From: Planctomycetota bacterium
GTDB lineage: Bacteria > Planctomycetota > UBA1135 > UBA2386
Reading direction: 5' to 3'
NCBI GenBank assembly: GCA_046290465.1
Contig: JBKAGP010000001.1
Coordinates: 352,001-416,000, forward strand
Length of the DNA stretch: 64,000 nucleotides
Shown: positions 55,758-64,000 of the stretch, one piece after another
Position numbering within the stretch: position 1 is the first letter of the stretch
Layout of the letters: every line of letters starts with the position of its first letter
The notes under the pieces: model-generated
Databases searched by the model: none
What the model saw: only the letters and a program-made list of their open reading frames with translations
Told to the model about the DNA's origin: nothing
Translations under genes and position numbers: made by a program

Positions 55758-56924
55758 TCAGCGCACGGTGACCCGTTCGGTCTGCGTCTCGGCGCGCAGG
55801 ATCAGCGACTGGTGCACGCGCGGGTCGCCGTTGACGAAGATCTCGAGCGTGTAGCCGCCCATCGCGACCGGCTCGGCCAGCCAGATCGGCGACGGCGCCG
55901 GCACGTGGTCGGCTTCGCTGACGGTGCCGCTGCCGTCGCGGCGGGCGGCGGTCCACTTGCGCTGGATGCCCCGTTCGCCGGCGGCATGGAGCGTGATCGT
56001 GACGTTGCCGTGCCGCTTCGGGTCGAACGCGCTGCCGTCGGGTTCCAGCAGCTCGACCCGCAGCGCGCAGGCCGGCTCGAGCGTGACGTCCTCGACGAAG
56101 CCGTTGCTGCCGGTCAGCGCGAACGCGCGCCGGAACGGCGACATCGGCAGCAGCTGGCCGTCGGCGTCGGTCGCCAGCAGCCGGATGCCGTACTCGCCGG
56201 CGGGCAGCGGCGGCAGCTGGTAGCGGCCGTCGTCGGCCTGGGTGCGTCGCGCCCACATCGGCTTGCCGAGCTGCCAGGCGCCGTCGCGGTTCTGGGCGTC
56301 CAGCTCGAACGCGTCGACGCGCACGTGCGCGACTGGGCGGCGGTCGACGTCGTGCACCAGCAGCGTGATGCCCTGGGCGCTTACCGCCGGCGTCAGGTAG
56401 AGCTGCAGCTGCAGCTGCGGCTCGGCCTCGGTGGGCACGTGCAGCCCCTTGCGGGTCGCGGGCTGCATGCCGTTGGCCTCGACCAGCAGGTCGACGGTCG
56501 CGCCGGGCGGCAGCGGCAGCTCGCCGACGCCGGCCTCGCTGGCGCCGCGAACGGTCTGCTGGCCGTTCTGGAAGCGCCAGCGGAACGCCGGCAGCAGCTG
56601 GTTGGTCGCGGCGTCGCGCGCTTCGACGATGCTGGGGCGGATTCGTGCAGGCCCCGGCTCGGTGCCCGTCCCCGTGCCAGGCTCCGTGCCCGACTCGATG
56701 GAGGACGCGCGCGGTTCGTCCGGCCCGGTGGGGCGCAGTGGTGGCGTCGCCGTCTCCCGTTCGCCGTCGGCGGCGACCGGTTCGGGCGGTGGCTCGACGG
56801 AGCCCGCCGGGCCGTCCGGATCGTGCGCGGACGGCGGCGCCTGCACCGCGCGGTCCTGCTGCAACCACCAGAAGGCCGCTCCTGTGAGCACGAGCAGGGC
56901 GACGACGGCGATCAGTGCGCGCAT
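55758..56924 (-). CDS. Membrane-anchored carboxypeptidase-regulatory-like domain protein
   Basis: N-terminal TM, Pro-rich linker, TQADDGRYQLPPLPAGEY. Confidence 0.75.
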   Translation of the reverse strand: MRALIAVVALLVLTGAAFWWLQQDRAVQAPPSAHDPDGPAGSVEPPPEPVAADGERETATPPLRPTGPDEPRASSIESGTEPGTGTGTEPGPARIRPSIVEARDAATNQLLPAFRWRFQNGQQTVRGASEAGVGELPLPPGATVDLLVEANGMQPATRKGLHVPTEAEPQLQLQLYLTPAVSAQGITLLVHDVDRRPVAHVRVDAFELDAQNRDGAWQLGKPMWARRTQADDGRYQLPPLPAGEYGIRLLATDADGQLLPMSPFRRAFALTGSNGFVEDVTLEPACALRVELLEPDGSAFDPKRHGNVTITLHAAGERGIQRKWTAARRDGSGTVSEADHVPAPSPIWLAEPVAMGGYTLEIFVNGDPRVHQSLILRAETQTERVTVR

Positions 56925-56962
56925 GGCGCCATCGTGCGCCGCCGCCGCGTTCGGCGCGAGGC

Positions 56963-57736
56963 TCAGCCGGCCAGAACTTCGCGCACGCTGGCCGCAAGCG
57001 ACGGGGTCGCCGCCGCGATCGCATCGCCCGGGCTGTCGAGCGTCAGCGGCGCGCCGTGCCAGTCGTGCAGTTCGCCGCCCGCTTCGCGCACGATCGGCAC
57101 CAGTGCGCACCAGTCGAACGGCTTCAGCGTGGTGTCGACGACGACGTCGGCGGTGCCGGCGGCGAGCCACGCGTAGGCCATGCAGTCGCCGCCGAAGCTG
57201 GTCCAGCGCGAACGTGCCCGCAGCGCGCGGTGGCCGCGGTGGTCGAGCAGCAGGTCGGGGGTGGTGCAGTAGAGCACCGCGTCGTCGACGCGCGCGACGT
57301 CGCGGGTCCGCAGCCGTTCGGTGCCGTTGCGGAAGCTGCCCGCGCCGAGCGCGCCGTGGTAGCGCTCGCCGAGCGCCGGCGCGTCGACGACGCCAGCGAT
57401 CGGCGTGCCGCGCTGCATCAGGCCGATCAGCGTGCCGAACAGCGGGTTGCCGGACGCAAACGCCTTGGTGCCGTCGATCGGGTCGACGACCCAGACGAAC
57501 TCGGCGTCGAGCCGCGCGGTGCCGTGTTCCTCGCCGTAGATGCCGTGCTCGGGATAGCGCTGCTCGATGCGGTCGCGCAGCGCGGTCTCGATGGCCCGGT
57601 CGGCGATCGTCACCGGGGTCTGGTCCGGCTTGCTCTCGACGTCGTGCGCGCTGCGGAAGTGCCGGCGCGCGATCGGCGCCGCCAGGTCCGCGAGATCGTT
57701 GGCGAACGTCAGCAGTTCGGCGAGCTGCGGCGTCAT
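56963..57736 (-). CDS. hisN: Inositol monophosphatase family protein, probable histidinol-phosphate phosphatase
   Basis: PVTIAD, GEE, DPIDGTKAF, FGTLI, GGDCMAY, KPFD. Confidence 0.8.
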   Translation of the reverse strand: MTPQLAELLTFANDLADLAAPIARRHFRSAHDVESKPDQTPVTIADRAIETALRDRIEQRYPEHGIYGEEHGTARLDAEFVWVVDPIDGTKAFASGNPLFGTLIGLMQRGTPIAGVVDAPALGERYHGALGAGSFRNGTERLRTRDVARVDDAVLYCTTPDLLLDHRGHRALRARSRWTSFGGDCMAYAWLAAGTADVVVDTTLKPFDWCALVPIVREAGGELHDWHGAPLTLDSPGDAIAAATPSLAASVREVLAG

Positions 57737-58311
57737 CCCCGTTCCTCGCCGAGCACGCGTGCCGCGTAGTCGGCGCGGTAGATGCGCTCGACCCAGTCGG
57801 GGAACGTCATCACGCCGTGGAACTCCGCGTAGAGATCGAGCACGCGGTCCATCTCCTCGGTGCCGAACGCGGCCAGGTGGCCGTTGGGGATCAGCGCCAG
57901 CTGCCGGCGCGCGGCGTCGAGGTCGCCGGTGTCGTGCAGCACGAAGATCGCCATCGCCAGACCGGTGCGGTCGACGCCGGCGCGGCAGTGTACGACCAGC
58001 GGTCGCTCGGCCGACTCGGCGACGCGCCACAGCTGCAGCAGCGCCTCGGGACGCACCGGCCGCTTGGCCGAGATCGGGATCTGGTGGAAGCCGGCGCCGC
58101 TGACCAGCGCGGCGCGCTCGGACATGCGCGCGTGGCGGCCGCCGCGCATGCTGACCACGGTGCGGATGCCGTGGTCCTCGATGCGCTGGATCAGCAGCTC
58201 CTCGCGCGGTTGCGGCGAGCGGAACAGGCCCGGCGCCCCTTCGCGGAAGCCGGTGCAGCTGGCGAGCAGCGCCAGGAACGTCATGCAGAGCGCGCGCATG
58301 GTGGTCGGCAT
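57733..58311 (-). CDS. Lipoprotein Cys-based (PTP/DSP-like) phosphatase
   Basis: LLASC lipobox; FRSPQP; HCRAGVDRTG (CX5R). Confidence 0.88.
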   Translation of the reverse strand: MPTTMRALCMTFLALLASCTGFREGAPGLFRSPQPREELLIQRIEDHGIRTVVSMRGGRHARMSERAALVSGAGFHQIPISAKRPVRPEALLQLWRVAESAERPLVVHCRAGVDRTGLAMAIFVLHDTGDLDAARRQLALIPNGHLAAFGTEEMDRVLDLYAEFHGVMTFPDWVERIYRADYAARVLGEERG

Positions 58312-58316
58312 GGGGA

Positions 58317-58700
58317 TCAGCGCCGCTTGCGCGCGGTCACCTCGATCTCGATCTTGATGTCGTCGTTGACGAGCCGCGCCGACAGCATGGTCGCGGCTGG
58401 CGGCGCGTCGCCGAAGCGTTCGCGCAGCACCGGCCAGCACTTCTCGAAGTCGGACGGCTCGGGCAGGATGTAGGTGACGCGCAGCACGTCCTGCAGCGAC
58501 GCGCCGGCCATGCGCAGCGCCGCCTCGACGTTGTCGAGCGTCTGCCGGCACTGCGCGACGACGTCGGCCTCGATCGTCATCGTCGCGTAGTCGTAGCCGG
58601 TGGTGCCCGCCACGAACACGTCGTCGCCGTCGACCACGGCCCGCGAATACGCCGCCTGTTCCTCGAACCGCGATCCCGAGCTGATCCGCTGCCTCGTCAT
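58317..58700 (-). CDS. RidA/YjgF family protein
   Basis: YSRAV, FVAGTTG, PAATM, KIEIEVTA. Confidence 0.95.
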   Translation of the reverse strand: MTRQRISSGSRFEEQAAYSRAVVDGDDVFVAGTTGYDYATMTIEADVVAQCRQTLDNVEAALRMAGASLQDVLRVTYILPEPSDFEKCWPVLRERFGDAPPAATMLSARLVNDDIKIEIEVTARKRR

Positions 58701-58735
58701 GCGCGCACCCTACCGTGGCCGACGGCCGCGCGCGC

Positions 58736-61597
58736 CTACCGATTGCGGCTGCGGCCCTGCGAACGCTGCTGCTGGCGCTGCTGCCACTGCTGGTCGAGCT
58801 TCTGCAGCGCCTCGGCGACCTGCTGCGACAGCAGCGGCACGGTGGTGGTGGTGACGCCGTCGGGCTTCAGTTCGAACGTGCCGAGCGTCACCGACGTCTG
58901 CGGGGTGCGCGTCGACTCGGTGGCGTGCGCCCGCAGGATGATCTGGTACTTGCCGGCCTTCATCAGCGGGATCTCGACCAGGTCGCTCTGGCCGAGCCAG
59001 CCGCCGCTGGTGCGGCCGAGGTCCCAGCGCGCGAACGAGAAGCTGCGCCCGGTCTTCTGGTCGGTGCCGCTCAGCGACGACGGGTAGCCGGTGTCGCCCT
59101 GCAGCAGCGCCGAGATCCGCACCCTCCGCGTCGGTCCGCACAGCGCGCGCGCTCCGGGCACCAGCACCATCGCCGGCCGCATCGTCTCGAGGTAGACGTC
59201 GTGCTGGCCGGGGCCGAACTGGCGCTTGAGCGGCACGAAGCCGCGCCCGAAGAACGTCAGCTCCGCGGTCTGGTGCGCGGTGATCAGTTCGGCCTTGCCG
59301 TTCTGCCAGCGGAAGCCGGCCTCGCTCCAGCTGCCGTCGGCATGCTGTAGGCGGGCGTGGATCGGACCGTCGAGATCCATCGGCTGGCCGCCCTGGTCGA
59401 GCGCGCGCAGCCGGTAGACGTGCAGCGCGTTCGACAGGTCGAGCGGTTCGAGCCGCGGGTCGCGGTTGTCGCCCGGCTTGACGAAGAAGCCCTCGATCCT
59501 CGCCATCGGTGCGCGCAGGCCGCGCATCTTGACCAACAGCGTGTAGGCGCCGGGGCGCAGCGGCTCGATCCGGAAGCGACCGCCGCGGCGCATCGAGACC
59601 CGGTCGCTGCGGGTCTCGCCGCGGCGGCGCGATTCCTCGACCGGCTCGAGCGTCATCGTCACGGCGCGGTCCGGCAACCACTCCGGCAGCAGCACGCGGC
59701 CGCCGAGGATGCCGTTGCGGTCGAGCTGGACGTGCAGGTTCTGGTTGGGCTCCGGCAGGTCGACCGTGCGCGCGAAGTGCTTGTCGGTGTCGGCCTTCAC
59801 GCGGATCTTGCCCGGTGGCATGGTCGCCTCGACGACGAACGTGCCGTCGGCGCCGGTGCGCGTGCGCAGGTTGTTGAGCCGGCGCCACGATTCGCGCGGG
59901 CCGGGGCTGCCGTTGCTCGAGAACCGCACGCTGCGGCTGGCCTCGACCTGCAGCCGCAGTTCGTTGAGCAGCACGCGTTCGGTGCGGCCCCGGTTGCGCG
60001 CTCCGGAGTTGCCGTTGCCCGGGCGCAGCTGCTCGATCGTGATCGTCGCGCCGGCGACCGGCTGGCCGAGGTCGTCGACCACCACGCCGGCGCACAGGGG
60101 CGGCAGCGGCTCGAGCCGGATGTCCCCGAGGTCGACGCGCGTGCCACCGGGCCACGGCGGCAGGTCGACGATCGCACCCAGCCAACGCTTCGGCGCGTCG
60201 TCGCCGGAGACCGGGTGCTCGCGGCGAAACTCGATCCGCCACCGCGCCGCCTCCTCGCGGCCGGTCAGCACGCAGTCCCAGCGGCCGTCGTCGATGGTGT
60301 CGATCGTGGTGGTGGTGTGGATCTGGTCGTCCTTCCAGATCGTGACGCTGGTGCGCGACCCGCCGATGCCGTTGCCGGTCAGGTCCAGCAGCCGGCCGGC
60401 GAGCACCGCGTGCTGCGGCAGCGGCCGGATCACGACCGCGGCGGTCTCGCCGCGTTCGCTCGGCCCGGCGGCCGACTGCGAGTACGACGCGCGCCGATCG
60501 CTGGGGTAGCGCGCGTAGATGCGCAGCGGCTGGCCGACCTGCGCGAACGGCAGCTGCACCGGCGCCTGGCCGACCGGCTTCGACACCGACTGGTGCAACA
60601 GGCTGCGGCTGCTTGGGAACGCGCCGGGCTTGCGCGCGCGCCGTTCGGCCCCGAAGCCGATCCGCGCCGACGACAGCAGCGGCTTGCCGCTGTGGCAGGT
60701 CAGCCGGACCTCGACGGCGCCGAGGTCGGGCACCTCGAGCAGCACCGGTTCGTCGCTGGCCGGTCGGCCGGCGAACTCGGTCAGCGTCAGCGGCTCGGTC
60801 GGCAGGCAGGCCATCGCGGCGAAGCGCTCGCGGAAGCCCTCGGGCTGGCCCTTGGCCGCCGCGCGGCGCAGCAGTTGGAAGTGCCGGACCAGCACCCGGC
60901 CGGCCTGGTCGGTGGAGCCGCGCCAGATCGTGTCGGTGTCGTTGCTCTTCGGCTGGTGGCGCAGCGCGACCGGGATCGTGGCCGGCGTGCTGTCGGCGAA
61001 CCTGGCGACGATCTCGACCTGCTCGTCGGTCTGCATCGTCAGCCGGTGCGACCCGTCGCGCGCGACCGTCAGGTAGCCGAACTCGCCCTCCTTCTGGGCG
61101 GCGACGACCCAGCGGCCGCGGCCGCGCGGCAGCAGCACTTCGCCGCGGTCGTCGGTGCGGGTGCGCTGGCCGAATCGTTCGGCGGCGTCCCAGCGGGTCA
61201 GCGTGCGGCTGCGGTCGTTGGCGCGGCGGCGGTATTCGGTCTCGTCGAAGTAGTAGACCGTGGCGCCCGTCGCCGGGGCGCCGGAGCCGTGCAGGACCAG
61301 CAGCAGCGGGCCCGGTTCGTCCGGCAGCGGCGCGCCGTCCTCACGCTCGATCGCCGGGTCCGAGCCGTCGTCGGAGGCGTGCCCGACGGTGGCCGAGGCC
61401 AACTCGCCGGTCGCCGTGCGGCCCGCGGATCCCGGGCCCGAGGCAGCGGCGCTGCCGCCTGGAGGCGGCGGCGCGACGTCGCCGGGGTCGAGCCACCAGC
61501 TGGCGGCCAACCCGAGCACCGCGATCCCTAGCAGGGCGATCACCCATCGCATGGTGGTTTTGTAGTCGTTGGAGTCAGGTTGCGGGGAGGTGGGCAC
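58736..61597 (-). CDS. Large membrane-anchored carboxypeptidase-regulatory-like domain protein
   Basis: N-terminal TM; GVVVDDLGQPVAGA and RTGADGTF modules; start 61597 or 61552. Confidence 0.8.
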   Translation of the reverse strand: MPTSPQPDSNDYKTTMRWVIALLGIAVLGLAASWWLDPGDVAPPPPGGSAAASGPGSAGRTATGELASATVGHASDDGSDPAIEREDGAPLPDEPGPLLLVLHGSGAPATGATVYYFDETEYRRRANDRSRTLTRWDAAERFGQRTRTDDRGEVLLPRGRGRWVVAAQKEGEFGYLTVARDGSHRLTMQTDEQVEIVARFADSTPATIPVALRHQPKSNDTDTIWRGSTDQAGRVLVRHFQLLRRAAAKGQPEGFRERFAAMACLPTEPLTLTEFAGRPASDEPVLLEVPDLGAVEVRLTCHSGKPLLSSARIGFGAERRARKPGAFPSSRSLLHQSVSKPVGQAPVQLPFAQVGQPLRIYARYPSDRRASYSQSAAGPSERGETAAVVIRPLPQHAVLAGRLLDLTGNGIGGSRTSVTIWKDDQIHTTTTIDTIDDGRWDCVLTGREEAARWRIEFRREHPVSGDDAPKRWLGAIVDLPPWPGGTRVDLGDIRLEPLPPLCAGVVVDDLGQPVAGATITIEQLRPGNGNSGARNRGRTERVLLNELRLQVEASRSVRFSSNGSPGPRESWRRLNNLRTRTGADGTFVVEATMPPGKIRVKADTDKHFARTVDLPEPNQNLHVQLDRNGILGGRVLLPEWLPDRAVTMTLEPVEESRRRGETRSDRVSMRRGGRFRIEPLRPGAYTLLVKMRGLRAPMARIEGFFVKPGDNRDPRLEPLDLSNALHVYRLRALDQGGQPMDLDGPIHARLQHADGSWSEAGFRWQNGKAELITAHQTAELTFFGRGFVPLKRQFGPGQHDVYLETMRPAMVLVPGARALCGPTRRVRISALLQGDTGYPSSLSGTDQKTGRSFSFARWDLGRTSGGWLGQSDLVEIPLMKAGKYQIILRAHATESTRTPQTSVTLGTFELKPDGVTTTTVPLLSQQVAEALQKLDQQWQQRQQQRSQGRSRNR

Positions 61598-61767
61598 GTC
61601 CCAAGCGGGTACAAATCCCGTGGTGTGCCGGGTAGAACGCGGCGGCGACGGTCAGGTTCGCGGCCGGCAAGTTCCGATGATGTCGACGATCGACAAAGCG
61701 GTTGGTTGCCTTGGGTTCCTGGTTATCTAGGATGCACGGGCAATCTGCTTTGCGAGGCAAACCAAAC

Positions 61768-62595
61768 GTGATCCAACCAACCAGTCCATCTCCGTCGCAG
61801 GCCGCCGGTCTCGGCGGCCGCCTCGTGCTGCTGCTGCTCGCGCTGCTGGCCAGCTGCGGCAGCTTCGAGGACAAGCGCATCCGCGAACTGCTGCACGAGA
61901 AGGGCTTCGGCTCGCGGGCGGATGGCGAGGCGACGCGCGAGAACTACCTGGGCGGCTCCGACGTGGTGCAGTTCATCGTGCCGCCCGAGGTGCTGCTGCA
62001 GCCGGGGGCCGAGCAGCTGGCGGTGTTGCAGCAGGGCCAGCCGGTCGGCATCGACGGCACCATCTTCGTGCCGCTGATCGGGCCGGTCTACGCGCTCGGC
62101 AAGACCGAGGCGGAGCTGGCGGCGCTGGTGCGCACGCAGCTGCGCAGCGTGCTGAAGTTCGACGTCGACCTGCAGGCGCGGATCCGCGGCGTGAAGTACT
62201 TCTACGCCGTCGGCGAGGTCGGCTTCAAAGGCCGCGTGCCGCTGACCACCGACATGACGCTGATCGACGCGATGTTCACCGCGCGCTGGACGGCGCTGGC
62301 CAACCTCGGCCGCGTCTACCTGATCCGGCCCGACGCCGAACACCCGCTGGTGATCGACGTCAACGTGCGCGAGATGCTGACCACCGGCTACACCGCCTCC
62401 AACTTCCAGATGCGCGAGCACGACATCCTGTACGTGCAGCCGACGTTTCTCGGCATGGTCGCGCGCCTGCTCGAACGGGTGCTGCAGCCGGTCGCCCTGG
62501 CGGTGCGCACGATGCTCGGCGCCGCGCAGTTCACGTTCGCCTACGACGTGCTGACCGGCGAGCCGAGCAACAACCGGCTGTTCTTCCGGTTCTGA
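61768..62595 (+). CDS. Polysaccharide export lipoprotein (Wza-like)
   Basis: LLASC lipobox; DGTIFVPLIGPV..GKT, VGEV, SLBB-like region, DILYV. Confidence 0.88.
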   Translation: MIQPTSPSPSQAAGLGGRLVLLLLALLASCGSFEDKRIRELLHEKGFGSRADGEATRENYLGGSDVVQFIVPPEVLLQPGAEQLAVLQQGQPVGIDGTIFVPLIGPVYALGKTEAELAALVRTQLRSVLKFDVDLQARIRGVKYFYAVGEVGFKGRVPLTTDMTLIDAMFTARWTALANLGRVYLIRPDAEHPLVIDVNVREMLTTGYTASNFQMREHDILYVQPTFLGMVARLLERVLQPVALAVRTMLGAAQFTFAYDVLTGEPSNNRLFFRF

Positions 62596-62641
62596 TCGTG
62601 TCCATGTCGCTGCCGCCCGAAAGCCCGATGGAGGACCTCCG

Positions 62642-64000
62642 ATGACGCAGGTCGAACTGCCGCAGCTGTCGTTGCAGCGCTACGTCGACCTGGTCAAGCG
62701 TCGGCGCTGGCAGCTGGTGCCGGTCTCGCTGCTCGGCCTGCTGATCGGCGGGCTGGTCGCGTTCCTGATCCCGCGCTTCTTCGTCGCCGAGACGCTGCTC
62801 GAGCACCAGCAGGTGCCGTCGGGGCCGGAGAACGCCGAGCACCCGTTCCGCGCCGTCGTCGACACCGCCAAGAGCACCATCCCGCTGGCCGCTGGCGAGG
62901 CGATCTCCGAACTCAAGTGGCCCGAGACGCTGGCGCTCGACGAGTTCGAGCGCGGCCAGTTCGAGCGCGCGGTCGAGTCGCGCATCACCGTGTCGGAGAC
63001 CAACGCCGGCGACAAGACCCGCAGCTACGCGCTGATCCGGGTCGAGTATCGCGACCGCGACGGCGACCGCGCCGCCAACTTCCTCAACAAGCTGGTCGAG
63101 GTCTGGGGCCGTCGGCGCATCGACGAACTGCGCGCGCCGGCCGAGGCGCAGCGCCTGCGAGCGACCACCAACGCCGACCGCGCCCGCCGCACGCTCGCGG
63201 GCTTCACCCGCGAGAAGCAGGACCTCGAGCGGCAGTACGGCATCGATCCGATCGCCGAGGTCAGCGACCAGCGCACCAGCTGGATCAAGCAGGACGAGGC
63301 GCGTCGCGTGCAGGAGCGCGAGCTGAACAAGCAGGAGCGCGAGCGCACCAGGCTGAAGGCCAAGATCGCCAAGGATCGGGAGACGCTCGCGAACCTGCCG
63401 GCACGGGTGCCGCCGGATGCGACCAACCTGATGGCCGAGGCGCTGAAGGTGAAGGCGGCGAAGCCGCTGGTCCTGCTGTGGCTGAAGGCCAACATGGAGT
63501 TCACCAACACCTTCGAGGTGGGAACGGCTCCCTACTACCGTGCCAAGCGGAAGGCCGAGATGCTGATGGCGCAGATCCGCGCGCTGGTGCCGCAGGCGGC
63601 GGTCGACGCCGACGGCCTGGTGCCCAACCCGAAGTATGCGGAGCTGCTCGAACAGATCGCCAAGGACGAGTTGAAGCTGAAGGAGCTCGAGGCCGAGATC
63701 GAGCTGAAGGCCGAGCAGCTGAAGGCCGAGGCGGCGCGCTTCCAGGCGCGGATCGAGGGCTACGGCATCTACACGCAGAAGCTCGACCAGATCAAGGAGG
63801 CCAAGCAGGCCAAGGACGCCGCCCTGGCGGAGCTCAACAGCGCCACCGATCTGCTGGCCAAGCTCAGCCGCGAGCTGCCGGTCAAGACCAAGCGCGAGGC
63901 GGTGGTGCCGCCCGCTCCGACCGAGCCGAACATCCTGGTCGTCGCGATGGTCGGCTGCATCCTCGGCCTCGGCGCCGCGATCGGCCTGATCCTGGCGTTC
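62642..64000 (+). CDS. Polysaccharide chain-length determinant (Wzz/Wzc-like), 3' partial
   Basis: Not in the ORF track; GGAGGA RBS; MTQVELPQLSLQRYVDLVKRRRWQ + TM, long coiled coil, PPAPTEPN + second TM at the window edge. Confidence 0.85.
   Translation, partial: MTQVELPQLSLQRYVDLVKRRRWQLVPVSLLGLLIGGLVAFLIPRFFVAETLLEHQQVPSGPENAEHPFRAVVDTAKSTIPLAAGEAISELKWPETLALDEFERGQFERAVESRITVSETNAGDKTRSYALIRVEYRDRDGDRAANFLNKLVEVWGRRRIDELRAPAEAQRLRATTNADRARRTLAGFTREKQDLERQYGIDPIAEVSDQRTSWIKQDEARRVQERELNKQERERTRLKAKIAKDRETLANLPARVPPDATNLMAEALKVKAAKPLVLLWLKANMEFTNTFEVGTAPYYRAKRKAEMLMAQIRALVPQAAVDADGLVPNPKYAELLEQIAKDELKLKELEAEIELKAEQLKAEAARFQARIEGYGIYTQKLDQIKEAKQAKDAALAELNSATDLLAKLSRELPVKTKREAVVPPAPTEPNILVVAMVGCILGLGAAIGLILAF

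Overview
High-GC (about 72% by spot counts), densely coding bacterial chromosome segment, most likely Planctomycetota: it has a planctomycete cytochrome c/PSD + DUF1552 pair, an ECF sigma-Ser/Thr kinase pair and several carboxypeptidase-regulatory-like membrane proteins. I support about 48 CDS. Housekeeping genes include dnaK, cysS, msrB, clpS, an RluA-family pseudouridine synthase, HisN-like and RidA. Signalling genes include a sigma54 two-component pair, an RsbW/SpoIIE/REC module, a NIT-domain chemoreceptor, two ECF sigmas and two Ser/Thr kinases. There is also a Gld-like ABC operon, tandem VPS10-like propellers, a GH63 enzyme and the start of a Wza/Wzc polysaccharide locus. I found no rRNA, tRNA, CRISPR array or transposase. 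Main signals: (1) a near-consensus sigma54 promoter with a candidate enhancer site and a strong hairpin directly behind the sigma54 activator gene, a possible sRNA or structured leader; (2) repeated -10 boxes 6-9 nt before start codons, suggesting leaderless transcription; (3) a phosphorylation-type ECF, its kinase and a secreted repeat protein followed by a second ECF operon; (4) apparently inactive enzyme domains (SGNH with a Cys-rich tail, kinase-fused NTPase); (5) two indel-damaged loci that may be assembly errors; (6) a lower-GC 2.3 kb island. All family calls come from motif recognition by eye, not database searches.
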